From assembly GCA_049421965.1 (NCBI GenBank), contig JBMSNZ010000001.1:2016-66015 (forward strand): a stretch of DNA of 64,000 nt, read 5' to 3'. Shown here piece after piece: positions 19,711-32,884 of the stretch. This DNA comes from Erythrobacter sp. GTDB lineage: Bacteria; Pseudomonadota; Alphaproteobacteria; Sphingomonadales; Sphingomonadaceae. Below the pieces are notes generated by a model. That model ran no database searches. It was not told the origin of the DNA and worked only from the letters and a program-made list of their open reading frames with translations. The position numbers were made by a program, and so were the translations under genes. Numbering within the stretch: position 1 is the stretch's first letter; every line of letters starts with the position of its first letter.

Positions 19711-20595
19711 ATGTCCCGCCAGCATCCGATCCTGTTGCCGATGGCAGCGGCCTTGCTTGGCGTCGGTTTCCTGTCGCTGATGGATGCCTTCATGAAAGGC
19801 GCTGCGCTCGCGGCTGGGGCCTATAGCGCATCGGTGCTACGTTCGGCCTTCGGCACCGCGCTTATAGCTCCGGTCTGGCTCGCCACAGGTGGTCGCTGGC
19901 CGCAGCGCCATGTGCTGCGGATCCACTTGCTGCGCGGCACGGTGTCGGGCTTCATGGCGCTGAGCTTCTTCTACTCGCTCACCAAGCTGCCCATCGCCGA
20001 AGCGATCGCAATTTCGTTCATAGCCCCCCTGATCGCTCTCTATCTTGCTGCGATCTTGCTGGGGGAGACGATCCGGCGCGAGGCAGTGGCCGCCTCGATT
20101 ATGGGGCTGATCGGCACGCTGGTGATCGTCGGCGGGCGGCTCGGCGAGGCGGAGTATGACGGCGATACCCTGAAAGGGCTGGCAGCTGTCCTATTCTCCG
20201 CCGCTCTCTATGCCTGGAACTTCATCATCATCCGCAAGCAGGCTCTGGTCTCGAGCCCCGCCGAAGCGACAACCTTCCACAGCGCGGTGGCCGGCCTGGT
20301 GCTGCTGTTGTTCGCGCCATGGTTCTTCATCTTCCCCGAGGCCGGTGCCCTTGTCGACATCGCGATCTCGGCCGTGCTGACTGTGGCTGGCGCTTTCGCG
20401 CTGACGTGGGCCTATGCCCGAGCCGAGGCACAGGTGCTGGTGCCGATGGAATATTCAGGCTTCTTGTGGGCGGCGTTGTTCGGCTGGGTGTTCTTCCGCG
20501 AGGAGCTAACCGCCAGCACGCTGGCAGGCGCGGCGTTGATCGTGATCGGCTGCTGGATTGCCGCCCGCGCACGGCCCGAACAAAGCGCAATTTAG
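19711..20595 (+). CDS. DMT/EamA family transporter
   Basis: Ten hydrophobic segments in two EamA repeats; alternative start 19675. Confidence 0.85.
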   Translation: MSRQHPILLPMAAALLGVGFLSLMDAFMKGAALAAGAYSASVLRSAFGTALIAPVWLATGGRWPQRHVLRIHLLRGTVSGFMALSFFYSLTKLPIAEAIAISFIAPLIALYLAAILLGETIRREAVAASIMGLIGTLVIVGGRLGEAEYDGDTLKGLAAVLFSAALYAWNFIIIRKQALVSSPAEATTFHSAVAGLVLLLFAPWFFIFPEAGALVDIAISAVLTVAGAFALTWAYARAEAQVLVPMEYSGFLWAALFGWVFFREELTASTLAGAALIVIGCWIAARARPEQSAI

Positions 20596-20714
20596 GCCAG
20601 AGACCGCCGCCCAGCCCCTTGACCTCGCGCCTGCGAAAGAGCAGTGCCGCGGCAGATTTTCGGCCCGCCCGTTTCCGGCGCGGGCGATCCATTAGCGCGA
20701 TGAAAGGACCCCTG

Positions 20715-23392
<2,678 letters not shown>

Positions 23393-23393
<1 letters not shown>

Positions 23394-23812
23394 TGCGCGG
23401 GGCTGCGCTTGCGGTGATGGCGCTGGAGCTGGCCGCCTGCTCCCCTGCCATCGCAACCGAGGATGCGGCGAACGAGGTTGCCGCGGCGCCTGCCGCCGAG
23501 GTCGTGGCGGTCACTCCGGCCGAGCTTTCCGCGCTGCTCGATCAAGGCAATATCCGCCTGATTGATGTGCGGACCTACGAGGAAGTGGCGCAAGGGATGA
23601 TCGCGGGTGCCGAACACATTCCGCTCGATCGCTTCGATCCGGCCACGCTTGACCGTTCGGACGGGCGTGAAGTGGTGCTCTATTGCTGGTCCGGCCGCCG
23701 CAGCGGGATCGCAGCCGAAAAGCTCGCCGCCGAGACGGGTGAGCCCGTCCGCCATCTCGAAGGCGGCATCCTGGCTTGGGAAGCGGCGGATCTGCCCGTT
23801 GCCGCCCGCTAA
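23393..23812 (+). CDS. Rhodanese-like lipoprotein
   Basis: TGATG overlap with acnA; LAAC lipobox; LIDVR, LYCWSGRRS, HLEGGILAW. Confidence 0.82.
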
Positions 23813-23824
23813 GCCACTGTAAGC

Positions 23825-24058
23825 GAAAAGAGAGGGCGGCATCACCACCGGGGTGAGCCGCCCTTTGACCAGGGAATATGCCCGCAGCCGAAGCAGGAGA
23901 CTGGCGCTTCGAAGCGGGACTTGCCTTGACCTGCCCCACGGGTCGCAAGGGAGCAGGCCAGTCACAAGCGGGTACCGGGCGGCTGCGACATCAACCCCCC
24001 GTTGGAGCCGCAGCCGCCGCGACGCTCGGGCCAGGAGGCCGTCTCGCTTGCCCATGAT
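23825..24058 (-). ncRNA. Candidate structured small RNA (no known family recognised)
   Basis: No credible ORF; nested helices (24007-17/23979-89, 24045-50/23965-70, 23957-63/23899-905, 23924-50); terminator at the 3' end; a G-U pair favours the minus strand. Confidence 0.4.
23833..23864. terminator. Intrinsic terminator, probably bidirectional
   Basis: AGGGCGGC-A-TCACC/GGTGA-GCCGCCCT hairpin; CTCTTTT tail on minus, TTT on plus. Confidence 0.7.
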
Positions 24059-24212
24059 CAAACACCCTGGGCCGATTCGTCTCAATCGCGTTAACCATAT
24101 GCTGGGCTCATCGCGTGTGCGCCAGAGCCCAAATCTTACTGGCCTTGCCGGGCCTCGTCCCAAAGCGGGACCGGGCAGTGCCCGCCCCTTAACGGAACGG
24201 GCGCTTGTGCCC

Positions 24213-25256
24213 CTATTTGCCCGCTTCGAACAGCCCGCCTTGCGAATCGCCGGACGGTTTGCGCGGCGGCGCCATGTCCAGATGCGTCCAGCCATCATCG
24301 TTGAGCATCCGCCCGCGCGCCGTGCGCGCAATCAGGCCAAGCTGGATCAGATAGGGCTCGATCACGTCCTCCACCGTGTCGCGCGGCTCGGCCAAGCCCG
24401 CCGCCAGCGTCTCCACCCCCACCGGGCCGCCCTTGTAGGTGGTCGCGATCATAGCAAGATAGCGCCGGTCCATCGCATCAAGCCCCAGGCTGTCGATCTC
24501 GAGCCGGGTCAGCGCGTCATCGGCAATCGCGCGGGTGACGGTGCCCTGCCCTGCGACATGCGCGAAATCGCGTACCCGGCGCAGCAACCGGCCGGCAACA
24601 CGCGGCGTACCGCGCGAACGGCGGGCGATCTCGCGCGCGCCAGCGCGGTCAATCGCCAGGCCCAGCAGCCGCGCCGCACGCGTCACCACCAGCTCCAGTT
24701 CGGCATGGGTGTAGAAATTGAGCCGCACCGGAATGCCGAACCGGTCGCGCAGCGGCGTCGTCAGCAGGCCCTGCCGCGTCGTCGCGCCGATCAGCGTGAA
24801 CGGCGGCAGATCGATCCGCACGCTGCGCGCCGCCGGCCCCTCGCCGATGATGATGTCGAGCGCGCGGTCTTCCATCGCCGGATAGAGCACTTCCTCGACC
24901 ACCGGATTGAGCCGGTGGATCTCGTCAATGAACAGCACGTCATGCGGTTCGAGATTGGTCAGCAGCGCGGCCAGGTCACCCGCTTTGGCGATCACCGGGC
25001 CGCTGGTGGCACGAAAGCCCACACCCAGTTCCTTGGCCACGATCTGCGCCAGCGTGGTCTTGCCCAAACCCGGCGGGCCGAAGAACAGCGTGTGGTCCAT
25101 CGCTTCGCGGCGCGAGCGTGCGCTTTCGATGAAGACGCGCAGATTGTCACGCGCAGCCTCCTGCCCCACGAATTCGGCAAGCGACTTCGGGCGCAGCGCC
25201 GCATCGGGATCATCCGGCTGCCGTTCGGGCGAATGGAGGGGAACGGGATCAGTCAT
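24213..25256 (-). CDS. ruvB: Holliday junction branch migration helicase RuvB
   Basis: [38 protein letters not shown]. Confidence 0.97.
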   Translation of the reverse strand: MTDPVPLHSPERQPDDPDAALRPKSLAEFVGQEAARDNLRVFIESARSRREAMDHTLFFGPPGLGKTTLAQIVAKELGVGFRATSGPVIAKAGDLAALLTNLEPHDVLFIDEIHRLNPVVEEVLYPAMEDRALDIIIGEGPAARSVRIDLPPFTLIGATTRQGLLTTPLRDRFGIPVRLNFYTHAELELVVTRAARLLGLAIDRAGAREIARRSRGTPRVAGRLLRRVRDFAHVAGQGTVTRAIADDALTRLEIDSLGLDAMDRRYLAMIATTYKGGPVGVETLAAGLAEPRDTVEDVIEPYLIQLGLIARTARGRMLNDDGWTHLDMAPPRKPSGDSQGGLFEAGK

Positions 25257-25322
25257 CTGGCAACGCACTTGAACGGACAATAGGCCCGAAAACAAGCTCG
25301 CAGGTCCGGTTGACACGCCGCA

Positions 25323-25928
25323 TCACCCTGCCGCCTTCTTCAGCGCCACGCGGATCAGCTCGCTTTCGCTCGCGCCCTCGCCCAGCTCGGCCTGTGCCCG
25401 GGCGACGGCCTGCGCCGCCACCGCAGGCTTGAAGCCGAGGTTCTCGAGCGCGCTCGTGGCATCGGCGCTGGCGCTTCCCGCCGGGCTCGCGGCGAAGGGC
25501 ACCCCGGCCACCCCGCCACCGGGAAGCGCTCCCGCCCGGTCCTTCAGCTCGTTGACGATTCGGCCCGCCAGCTTGGGCCCCACGCCCTGCGCGCGTGCCA
25601 CCATGGCGGCATCGCCGCGCCCGCAGGCATCGCGCAGTTCGCCCGGGCTGAGCGCCGAGAGGATCGCGAGGCCCACCTTGCTGCCCACGCCCTGCACCTG
25701 CGTGAGCAGGCGGAACCAGTCCCGTTCGGCGGCATCGGCAAAGCCCAACAGGCGCATGTCGTTCTCGCTCACCTGGAGATCAGTATAGACCGTGCAGCCC
25801 TCGCCGCGTTCGCCAAGCGCAGCGAGTGTCTTGGCCGAACAATGGACCAGATAGCCCACGCCTGCCACGTCGATCACCGCCCAGTCAGCGCCGGTCTCGT
25901 CAAGCAGGCCCTTCAGCTTCGCAATCAT
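25323..25928 (-). CDS. ruvA: Holliday junction branch migration protein RuvA
   Basis: MIAKLKG, GVGYLV, VQGVGSK, GVGPKLA, ALENLGF. Confidence 0.96.
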   Translation of the reverse strand: MIAKLKGLLDETGADWAVIDVAGVGYLVHCSAKTLAALGERGEGCTVYTDLQVSENDMRLLGFADAAERDWFRLLTQVQGVGSKVGLAILSALSPGELRDACGRGDAAMVARAQGVGPKLAGRIVNELKDRAGALPGGGVAGVPFAASPAGSASADATSALENLGFKPAVAAQAVARAQAELGEGASESELIRVALKKAAG

Positions 25929-25940
25929 GCGTTTCCTCTT

Positions 25941-25975
25941 GCGCTACCGCTTCGCTGCTTGAGCGCGTTTTGTTC
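25941..25975 (-). repeat. REP-like dispersed repeat, copy 1
   Basis: Minus strand GAACAAAACGCGCTCAAGCAGCGAAGCGGTAGCGC, matching the copies at 27268-27329. Confidence 0.75.
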
Positions 25976-26214
25976 TTGCAGCAGTTGACCGGCAAATGCC
26001 AGAGGCGCGCCCTGTATTGTCCGCAAGGCTAAGGCCGGCACGCACCGCCTGCACCACAGTCCTGAAGCAGAAAAGCCCGTCTGGGATTCGCCCCCCACAA
26101 GATTTGCGCAAGCTGATGCAATGGCGACCATGAGCAGGCTGTGGCAGATTATGGCCATGTAGGAAAATCCGGTGCTGCTCGACAGTCCCGGCTTTTGCGC
26201 TATGAAGCGGCGCC

Positions 26215-27285
26215 ATGAGCTGGAACACTTTCGGACGCGTGCTGCGCTTTACCACCTGGGGCGAAAGCCATGGCCCGGCGCTGGGTGCGGTGGTCGATGG
26301 CTGCCCGCCGCGGCTCGCGCTGAGCGAGGCCGACATCCAGCCTTTTCTCGATGCGCGCAAGCCCGGCCAGAACCGCTTCACCACGCAGCGGCAGGAGGCT
26401 GATCTGGTGCGGATCCTGTCGGGCACATTCGAGGGCCAGACCACCGGTACACCGATCAGCCTGATGATCGAGAACACCGACCAGCGCAGCAAGGACTATT
26501 CGGAGATCGCCAAGGCCTATCGCCCGGGCCATGCCGATTACGCCTATGACGCGAAATACGGCATCCGCGACTATCGTGGCGGCGGGCGCAGCAGTGCTCG
26601 TGAGACCGCGGCACGGGTGGCGGCAGGCGCGGTGGCCCGGCTGATCATCCCCGAAGTGCGGATCACGGCCTATGTCTGCGAACTGGGCGGCGACCCGATT
26701 GACCGCGCTGCGGCGGATTTCGCCGAGATCGGCAACAACCCCTTTTTCTGCCCCGATCCTGCCGCCGCACAGCGCTGGGAAGCGATGGTCGATGCCGCGC
26801 GCAAGGCGGGCTCGTCGCTCGGCGCGGTGGTCGAATGCGTGGCCGAGGGCGTTCCGGCCGGCTGGGGCGCGCCGATCTATGCCAAGCTCGACAGCGACCT
26901 GGCCGCCGCGATGATGAGCATCAATGCGGTGAAGGGTGTCGAGATCGGCGACGGTTTCGCCGCGGCGCGGCTGAGCGGCGAGCAGAACGCCGATGCAATG
27001 CGTCCGGGCGATGACGGCCGCCCACGCTTCGAGGCGAACCATGCTGGCGGCACCGCGGGCGGCATCTCGACCGGCCAGCCGGTGGTGTGCCGGGTGGCGT
27101 TCAAGCCGACCAGTTCGATCCTGACCCCGGTCGAGACGATCACTGCCGATGGCGAGGCGACCGAGATCCGCACCAAGGGGCGCCACGACCCTTGCGTGGG
27201 TATTCGCGGGACCCCGGTGGTCGAGGCGATGATGGCGCTGGTGCTGGCGGACCACAAGCTGCTCCACCGCGCTCAAACAGCGTAG
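26215..27285 (+). CDS. aroC: Chorismate synthase
   Basis: [34 protein letters not shown]. Confidence 0.97.
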   Translation: MSWNTFGRVLRFTTWGESHGPALGAVVDGCPPRLALSEADIQPFLDARKPGQNRFTTQRQEADLVRILSGTFEGQTTGTPISLMIENTDQRSKDYSEIAKAYRPGHADYAYDAKYGIRDYRGGGRSSARETAARVAAGAVARLIIPEVRITAYVCELGGDPIDRAAADFAEIGNNPFFCPDPAAAQRWEAMVDAARKAGSSLGAVVECVAEGVPAGWGAPIYAKLDSDLAAAMMSINAVKGVEIGDGFAAARLSGEQNADAMRPGDDGRPRFEANHAGGTAGGISTGQPVVCRVAFKPTSSILTPVETITADGEATEIRTKGRHDPCVGIRGTPVVEAMMALVLADHKLLHRAQTA

Positions 27286-27329
27286 CGGTAGCGCGGACAA
27301 CACGCGCTCAAGCAGCGCAGCGGCGGCCC
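27268..27329 (+). repeat. REP-like dispersed repeat, copies 2 and 3 (tandem, 35-bp period)
   Basis: CGCGCTCAAACAGCGTAGCGGTAGCGC (27268) and CGCGCTCAAGCAGCGCAGCGGCGGCCC (27303). Confidence 0.75.
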
Positions 27330-27332
27330 GCG

Positions 27333-27386
27333 ATTGACCGCTTTTTTCGATCAATAAGCACGTATTAATCGATTGGACAGCTTATC
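27333..27386 (+). promoter_or_regulatory. AT-rich katG upstream region, possible OxyR/LysR site
   Basis: ATTG..CAAT and TCGAT..ATCGA dyads plus ATAA-N7-TTAA; only a partial match to the OxyR tetranucleotide spacing. Confidence 0.3.
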
Positions 27387-27457
27387 ACGCGAGCGTCATT
27401 ATTCGCGTTCAAGACTCGTCTCCCCGAGTCCCCCCGCTATTCGCAAGGAGATCCCAA

Positions 27458-29653
27458 ATGGACGCAAAAACCGGAGATATCAGCGGCTGCCCGTTCAGCG
27501 GCACCAACCGCCCGCTGTTCGGCCGCACCAATCGTGACTGGTGGCCCGATGCCCTTCAGCTCGACATCCTGACGCAGGGCGGCACCAGCGCCGACCCGCT
27601 GGGCGACGATTTCGACTATTGCGAAGCCTTCAACGCGATCGCCTACAAGGCGCTGAAGGCCGATCTCACCGCGCTGATGACCGACAGCCAGGAATGGTGG
27701 CCGGCCGACTATGGCCACTACGGCCCCTTCTTCATCCGCATGGCGTGGCACGCAGCCGGCACCTACCGCACCGGCGACGGGCGCGGCGGCGCAGGCAGCG
27801 GGCAGCAGCGCTTTGCCCCGCTCAACAGCTGGCCCGATAACGGCAACCTCGACAAGGCACGCCGCCTGCTGTGGCCGATCAAGCAGAAGTATGGCCGCCA
27901 CATCAGCTGGGCCGACCTGTTCATCCTGGCCGGCAATGTCGCGATCGAATCGATGGGCGGCCCGGTGTTCGGCTTCGGCGGCGGCCGCAAGGACGTCTAC
28001 GAGCCCGAGACGGTGTACTGGGGCATGGAAGACATCTGGGTCAACGAAGGCGCAGCCACCCGCATCCAGCCCGACAAGGGCATGGCGCTGGAAGGCCCGC
28101 TGGCGGCGATCCAGATGGGCCTCATCTACGTCAATCCGGAAGGCCCGGGCGGCGTGGCCGATCCGCTGCTGGCAGCGCGCGACATGCGCGAGACCTTCGC
28201 CCGCATGGCGATGAACGACGAGGAAACCGTTGCGCTTACCGCCGGTGGCCACGCCTTCGGCAAGGCGCATGGCGCCGCGCCGTCGGACACCTTCAGCGGC
28301 TCACCCGAGAGCGAGGCGCTGGCGCTGCAGGGCTTCGGCTGGCTGACCGATCAGAGCGAGATCGCCAAGGGCAACATCACTACTTCGGGCATCGAAGGTT
28401 CGTGGTCGAACAATCCCACCCAGTGGGGCGGCGACTACTTCCGCCTGCTGTTCAAGTATGACTACGAGCTGGTGCATTCGCCCGCTGGTGCCCAGCAGTG
28501 GACCCCGATCAATCCGGACCCGGCCGACATGGCGCCCGATGCGCGCGATCCGTCGAAGAAGGTCCCGACGATCATGACCACTGCCGACATGGCGCTGAAG
28601 ATGGATCCGGAATATCGCAAGATTTCCGAACGCTTCCGCGACGACCAGGCGGCGCTTGACGATGCCTTCGCTCGCGCGTGGTTCAAGCTGTGCCATCGCG
28701 ACATGGGCCCCAAGGTCCGCTACATGGGCCCCGAAGTCCCAGCTGAAGACCTGATCTGGCAGGATCCGGTTCCCGCCGGCACCAAGCCGTCGGACGCCGC
28801 CGTGGCCGAATTCAAGGCCAAGGTGCTGGCGAGCGGCCTCACGGTCAGCGAACTGGTCAAGGCGGCCTGGGCCTCGGCCTCGACCTACCGCAATTCGGAC
28901 CATCGCGGCGGCGCCAACGGTGCCCGCGTGCGGCTGGCTCCGCAGAAGGACTGGAAGGCCAACGATCCGGCCGAACTGGGCAAGGTGCTGGCCAAGCTCG
29001 ACGAGCTGCGCGGCAGCCTCTCGATGGCCGATGCGATCGTCCTCGCCGGTACGGCAGCGGTTGAGAAGGCGGCCAAGGACGGCGGCTTCAGCGTCAGCGT
29101 GGCAGTCACCACCGGCCGCGGCGACGCGACCGAGGCGCAGACCGACGCTGCCAGCTTCGAGCCGCTCGAGCCCTTCGCCGATGGTTTCCGCAACTACCTG
29201 AAGGCAAAGTCCGTGGTGAAGACCGAAGACATGCTGGTTGACCGCGCCCAGCTGCTTGGCCTGTCGATCCCCGAAATGACCGCGCTGGTCGGCGGGCTGC
29301 GGGCGCTTGGCGCTGTCAGCGGCAACACCGGCCACGGCGTGTTCACCGACCGCGCCGGGGTGTTGAGCAACGACTTCTTCGTCAACCTGCTCGACATGTC
29401 GACCGAATGGTCGCCGGTCGATGGCAGCGATGACGAGGAGTTCGTCGGCAAGTGCCGCAAGACGGGCAAGGAAAATTATCGCGCCACCCGCGCCGACCTG
29501 GTGTTCGGCTCGAACTCGCAGCTGCGTGCGCAGGCCGAAGTCTTTGCCGAAAGCGGGGGTGAGAAGACCTTCGTCGAGACCTTCGTGAAGGCCTGGACCA
29601 AGGTGATGGATGCGGATCGCTTCGATCTGACCCACGCCCGCTATCACGGCTAA
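27458..29653 (+). CDS. katG: Catalase-peroxidase
   Basis: [31 protein letters not shown], duplicated peroxidase domain; AAGGAG RBS. Confidence 0.98.
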   Translation: MDAKTGDISGCPFSGTNRPLFGRTNRDWWPDALQLDILTQGGTSADPLGDDFDYCEAFNAIAYKALKADLTALMTDSQEWWPADYGHYGPFFIRMAWHAAGTYRTGDGRGGAGSGQQRFAPLNSWPDNGNLDKARRLLWPIKQKYGRHISWADLFILAGNVAIESMGGPVFGFGGGRKDVYEPETVYWGMEDIWVNEGAATRIQPDKGMALEGPLAAIQMGLIYVNPEGPGGVADPLLAARDMRETFARMAMNDEETVALTAGGHAFGKAHGAAPSDTFSGSPESEALALQGFGWLTDQSEIAKGNITTSGIEGSWSNNPTQWGGDYFRLLFKYDYELVHSPAGAQQWTPINPDPADMAPDARDPSKKVPTIMTTADMALKMDPEYRKISERFRDDQAALDDAFARAWFKLCHRDMGPKVRYMGPEVPAEDLIWQDPVPAGTKPSDAAVAEFKAKVLASGLTVSELVKAAWASASTYRNSDHRGGANGARVRLAPQKDWKANDPAELGKVLAKLDELRGSLSMADAIVLAGTAAVEKAAKDGGFSVSVAVTTGRGDATEAQTDAASFEPLEPFADGFRNYLKAKSVVKTEDMLVDRAQLLGLSIPEMTALVGGLRALGAVSGNTGHGVFTDRAGVLSNDFFVNLLDMSTEWSPVDGSDDEEFVGKCRKTGKENYRATRADLVFGSNSQLRAQAEVFAESGGEKTFVETFVKAWTKVMDADRFDLTHARYHG

Positions 29654-29678
29654 CAGCATCCCTCCCTTGAGGGTCGCA

Positions 29679-29722
29679 GAGAACCCCGGCGGGCCATTTA
29701 GGCTCGTCGGGGTTTCTTATTC
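29679..29722 (+). terminator. katG intrinsic terminator
   Basis: AGAACCCCGGCGGGCC / GGCTCGTCGGGGTTTCT stem followed by TATT. Confidence 0.7.
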
Positions 29723-29783
29723 ATGCGGCCGCGATAGACCCAGCCTGTCGACGGTCATTCGCCACCGGCTACAAGGGAAGCAG

Positions 29784-31613
29784 ATGACAGCCAGAATTCA
29801 TGCCTTGGCAGCCGCTGTTCTCGCTGCATTGCTGGCGTGCTGCGCTGCCCCGGCTGCCGCGCAGGGCGAAGGTGCGGCAAATGATTTGCGTAGCTTTGCA
29901 TGCCCGCTAGGCGGCAAGACCTTCCGTCAGGATGTCGGCTATTTCGCCTTGCCGCTGGTGATCATGCCCGATGGAAGCTGGCTGGGCGACACCGAGATCG
30001 GGGTGCAAGTCCCCGTTTGCCCGGACAACGGCCTGGTGATCCTGCCCGATCTCGACGATGCCGGGGGGGATGAGGCTGATGGCAGCCAGCGCTTGGCCTA
30101 CCGCACCTATACGGCTGCAGAGCTGGCAGCACTTCCTGCACTGGTCGCGGACCCGCAGTATCGTGCGCTCAAGGCTGATGGTCCCTACGCACAAGCCTGG
30201 TGGATTGCCGACCAACTTGGGCATTCGCCGGCAAGCCGGTTTGCTCTCTTGCAGCGTTCGACCTGGGCTACGCGCGACCCGGCCCTGCGCAAGCGGCTAG
30301 TAGCTCGCTTCGTCGAGCATGGGGCGGCGCTGATAGCCCGGTTCCCGGAAACTGACCGGCGGAAAAGCTATTCCCAACTGCTTATCGTGAACGCCTTGCG
30401 GGAACTGGGTCGGTTTGACGAAGCTTTGGCCAGGCTCGATGCATTTGATCTTGAGTTGACGGCCAACGATCCGATCGGGCCCGACTACGATTATGCAGCG
30501 AAACTTCGCCTCGCCATAACCCAGCACGATGACGGCCGCTTTGCCGTTGAAACCTTGCCGGATCGGATGGTCGGCGTGATTTGCGGCGGCGAGATGACGG
30601 CCGCATACGGCAGTACCACCCAGGCAACCAAGGCTTCATGCAAGATCAGGCGCGACCGTGAAGCGCAGGAACAGCGCGACCGAGCAGCGGCCTATGCATT
30701 GCGCGATGACTCCACCGCGCTGGCGCGTTCATGCGCCGATACGGCGCCAGCTAAGCGCAGCGCTGCGCTCGCCCAGGCCTGCGAGATGCTGCAGGACGAG
30801 CTCGACGAACTGGCTGCCAATGAACTGACGCGGGACGGCCCCGGCCTCGCTGCGAAATGCGATGCGATAAAGGGCGAGATTCACGAAGCGGTGATGGGGC
30901 ATGCTTGCCGGAAATACGGCATGGCGCTTTCGAGCGCGCTGGCCGAACAGCTGGCGGCCGACGCCGATGCCTTCGCCCTGTTCTGCCCTGATGTGGCGGC
31001 GGACAGCTGGGCAGAAGCCGGATCGCGAGTTTCGTTCGCCTGTGTCGATGCAGAACTCAAACTCAAGAGGCAGGCGGAACAGCGCCTGCTGGCCGATCCT
31101 GCCAAACTGGCCGGGTTGTGTGCCCGACAGGAAGAGGCGCCCGAAGGCAGCATGCGCGACTATGAGATACTGCTACGCGCCTGTTCCAGCTATGAAATGG
31201 ATCAGGAAATGGCTGCTGTTACCCGCCTCGCAGGCGATGCTGCAGCGTTCGACAGTGACTGCGGCCGCTTTCAGCAGACCAACAGTGCCGGCAACGAGGT
31301 TTTCGACCTGACTGAAGGACAGGAACGGTGTCGCAAGGCCTGGCGCCAGCGTGAAAATGGCAAGTTCCGGGCTTCAGCCGAGGCAAAGGGCCTCAAATGT
31401 TTCAGCGATGCCATTTACAGCCCCGATCGGCCGCGGTGTGTCAGCCCTGAGGAATACGCAGTTGAAATGGCTCCGGCCAAGCCGAATGGTCCTGATCGGT
31501 ATGACCTTTCCTACCTTGAGGATGGCTCAAGCCTGATGCAGGCGGCCCATTCCCGCGCTGCCTCCATTATCGCAGACGCCAAACGTTTGCGGCGCAGACC
31601 CGATGAAATCTGA
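29784..31613 (+). CDS. Exported Cys-rich hypothetical protein with five helical Cys-pair repeats
   Basis: Signal peptide (AAA-Q or LLAC); N-terminal CPLGG..CPDNG domain; TPR-like ALRELGRFDEA; five LxxD-x7-C..x(15-22)..C units. Confidence 0.75.
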   Translation: MTARIHALAAAVLAALLACCAAPAAAQGEGAANDLRSFACPLGGKTFRQDVGYFALPLVIMPDGSWLGDTEIGVQVPVCPDNGLVILPDLDDAGGDEADGSQRLAYRTYTAAELAALPALVADPQYRALKADGPYAQAWWIADQLGHSPASRFALLQRSTWATRDPALRKRLVARFVEHGAALIARFPETDRRKSYSQLLIVNALRELGRFDEALARLDAFDLELTANDPIGPDYDYAAKLRLAITQHDDGRFAVETLPDRMVGVICGGEMTAAYGSTTQATKASCKIRRDREAQEQRDRAAAYALRDDSTALARSCADTAPAKRSAALAQACEMLQDELDELAANELTRDGPGLAAKCDAIKGEIHEAVMGHACRKYGMALSSALAEQLAADADAFALFCPDVAADSWAEAGSRVSFACVDAELKLKRQAEQRLLADPAKLAGLCARQEEAPEGSMRDYEILLRACSSYEMDQEMAAVTRLAGDAAAFDSDCGRFQQTNSAGNEVFDLTEGQERCRKAWRQRENGKFRASAEAKGLKCFSDAIYSPDRPRCVSPEEYAVEMAPAKPNGPDRYDLSYLEDGSSLMQAAHSRAASIIADAKRLRRRPDEI

Positions 31614-31722
31614 CCTCGTCACCTAGAGTCATCCCTTCGGCTGGCTGACAAGCCGGTCCTGCGCAGAAAGTAGGATTGCCCGGCAGCTAGGCGATCGCGA
31701 CCTTCATCGCTATGGCACGGAG

Positions 31723-32340
31723 ATGCTCGTGCCTTTTTCACCTTTCGCTCGCGCCATCGCAGGCGGGATAGCTATCCTCGCGCTTGTTTCGCTGGCGCTG
31801 CAGACCACGATCAACCTCGACCGTGACGGGTCGCCGCTGATCTCCTTCGCACTGCTGCTGCGCTACTTCACGATCTGGAGCAATCTCGCCGCGGGGCTGA
31901 TCCTCCTGTGGGTCGCATCGGGGCGCCATGCCGGCGAAAGGGTGCTGTTCGCGCTGGCGACCGCGCTGTCAGTGGTGGCGCTGGTCTATCATGCGTTGCT
32001 GGCGGCCGACCACGATCCGGTCGGGCTCGACTGGTGGACCAACCTTGCCTTCCACACCGTTATCCCGGGTGGCGCGATCGCCTGGTGGATCGCCTGGTCC
32101 GATCGCGCGCATCTCACCTGGCGCTCGCTGCCGCTCGTCACCCCTGCCCCTGTGGCCTACACGCTGTTCGCGCTGGCGAACGGGGCGGTGACGGGTTTCT
32201 ACCCCTATTTCTTCCTCGACCTGCCTGCACTGGGCTGGGCGCAGCTGCTGCTCAATATCACGGGGCTGGCGCTTTTCTTCGTCGTGATGGGGGCGCTGCT
32301 GCTGGGCCTGCGCCGGATCATGCCGAGCGCGCGCGCTTGA
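31723..32340 (+). CDS. Pr6Pr / FAR-17a-AIG1-like membrane protein
   Basis: RYFTIWSN, AFHTVIP, FYPYFFLD; six TM helices. Confidence 0.75.
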   Translation: MLVPFSPFARAIAGGIAILALVSLALQTTINLDRDGSPLISFALLLRYFTIWSNLAAGLILLWVASGRHAGERVLFALATALSVVALVYHALLAADHDPVGLDWWTNLAFHTVIPGGAIAWWIAWSDRAHLTWRSLPLVTPAPVAYTLFALANGAVTGFYPYFFLDLPALGWAQLLLNITGLALFFVVMGALLLGLRRIMPSARA

Positions 32341-32884
32341 GCACGACGTAGAGCGCGCCTTCGCCGCCGTGGCGGATATGCGCCTTGCGCACCGCCGAAA
32401 TCGCCGCAGCGTGGCGGCTCGCAGCCAGCCAGTCGAGCAGCTTCGCCCGGATCGCGCCTCGCCGTTCGGCGCGATCAGCCGGATCGACCGGGCGCGAGCG
32501 TCCGGCAATCAGCAGCACCACCCGCGCATCCATCGCCCGTGCCTGGTCGAGCCCGGCTATCAGCCGGTCATAGGCCGTGTCGAGCGTGTGGCCGTGCAGA
32601 TCGAGCGTAAAGTCGGGCTGCACGATCCCGGCCTTGAACCTGCGATCCCAATGCGAATCGAGCCCCGGGCCCGGAGGTGGCGGAACTCGCGCGGCGATGC
32701 CCGGCCTGGCGGCGGGCATGACCGGGCGCGCCACAGCGCGAACCACTTGTGTTTCGGTCGGACCGTCAATCTGGACCGGCCTGGTCGCCTTGGGAACCTT
32801 GCGCCCCGGCAGCGGTGTCACGCTGGCCGCGAGCCGCGCCCAGGCAGCGGCTTCCTCGCTGCTGAGGCCGCGCGGAACGCTCAC
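32318..32884 (-). CDS. Smr/MutS2 domain protein
   Basis: EEAAAW, LDLHG, VLLIAGR, HGGEGALYVVL; GTGA overlap with the mltA stop. Confidence 0.87.
   Translation of the reverse strand: MSVPRGLSSEEAAAWARLAASVTPLPGRKVPKATRPVQIDGPTETQVVRAVARPVMPAARPGIAARVPPPPGPGLDSHWDRRFKAGIVQPDFTLDLHGHTLDTAYDRLIAGLDQARAMDARVVLLIAGRSRPVDPADRAERRGAIRAKLLDWLAASRHAAAISAVRKAHIRHGGEGALYVVLKRARSA

Noticed and set aside
20319-20714. N-terminal extension making AcnA 1024 aa; similar extensions on DnaA, Tim44, Rieske, Nth and RpsT ORFs
   Set aside because: These are open-frame artefacts of high GC that overlap neighbouring genes. RBS-supported downstream starts give normal lengths.
23930-23960. SRP helix-8-like string CACGGGTCGCAAGGGAGCAG on the plus strand
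   Set aside because: It lacks the exact CAGG and a proper stem, and the surrounding rod structure and usual dnaX context are absent.
23813-24212. tmRNA, RNase P RNA, 6S RNA or a small ORF in the rhodanese-ruvB gap
   Set aside because: There is no ANDN tag frame or TPsiC-CCA end, no GAGGAAAGTCC, and no rod fold. The 59-aa plus ORF (23878-24057) and the 35-aa minus ORF have no recognisable features.
26119-26165. Short ORF MATMSRLWQIMAM upstream of aroC as an aromatic attenuator
   Set aside because: It has only one Trp codon, no clear RBS and no terminator/antiterminator pair.
28301-29659. Long antisense ORFs opposite katG, acnA, dnaA, coaBC and others
   Set aside because: They are shadow ORFs expected from GC3-biased coding strands and have no motifs.
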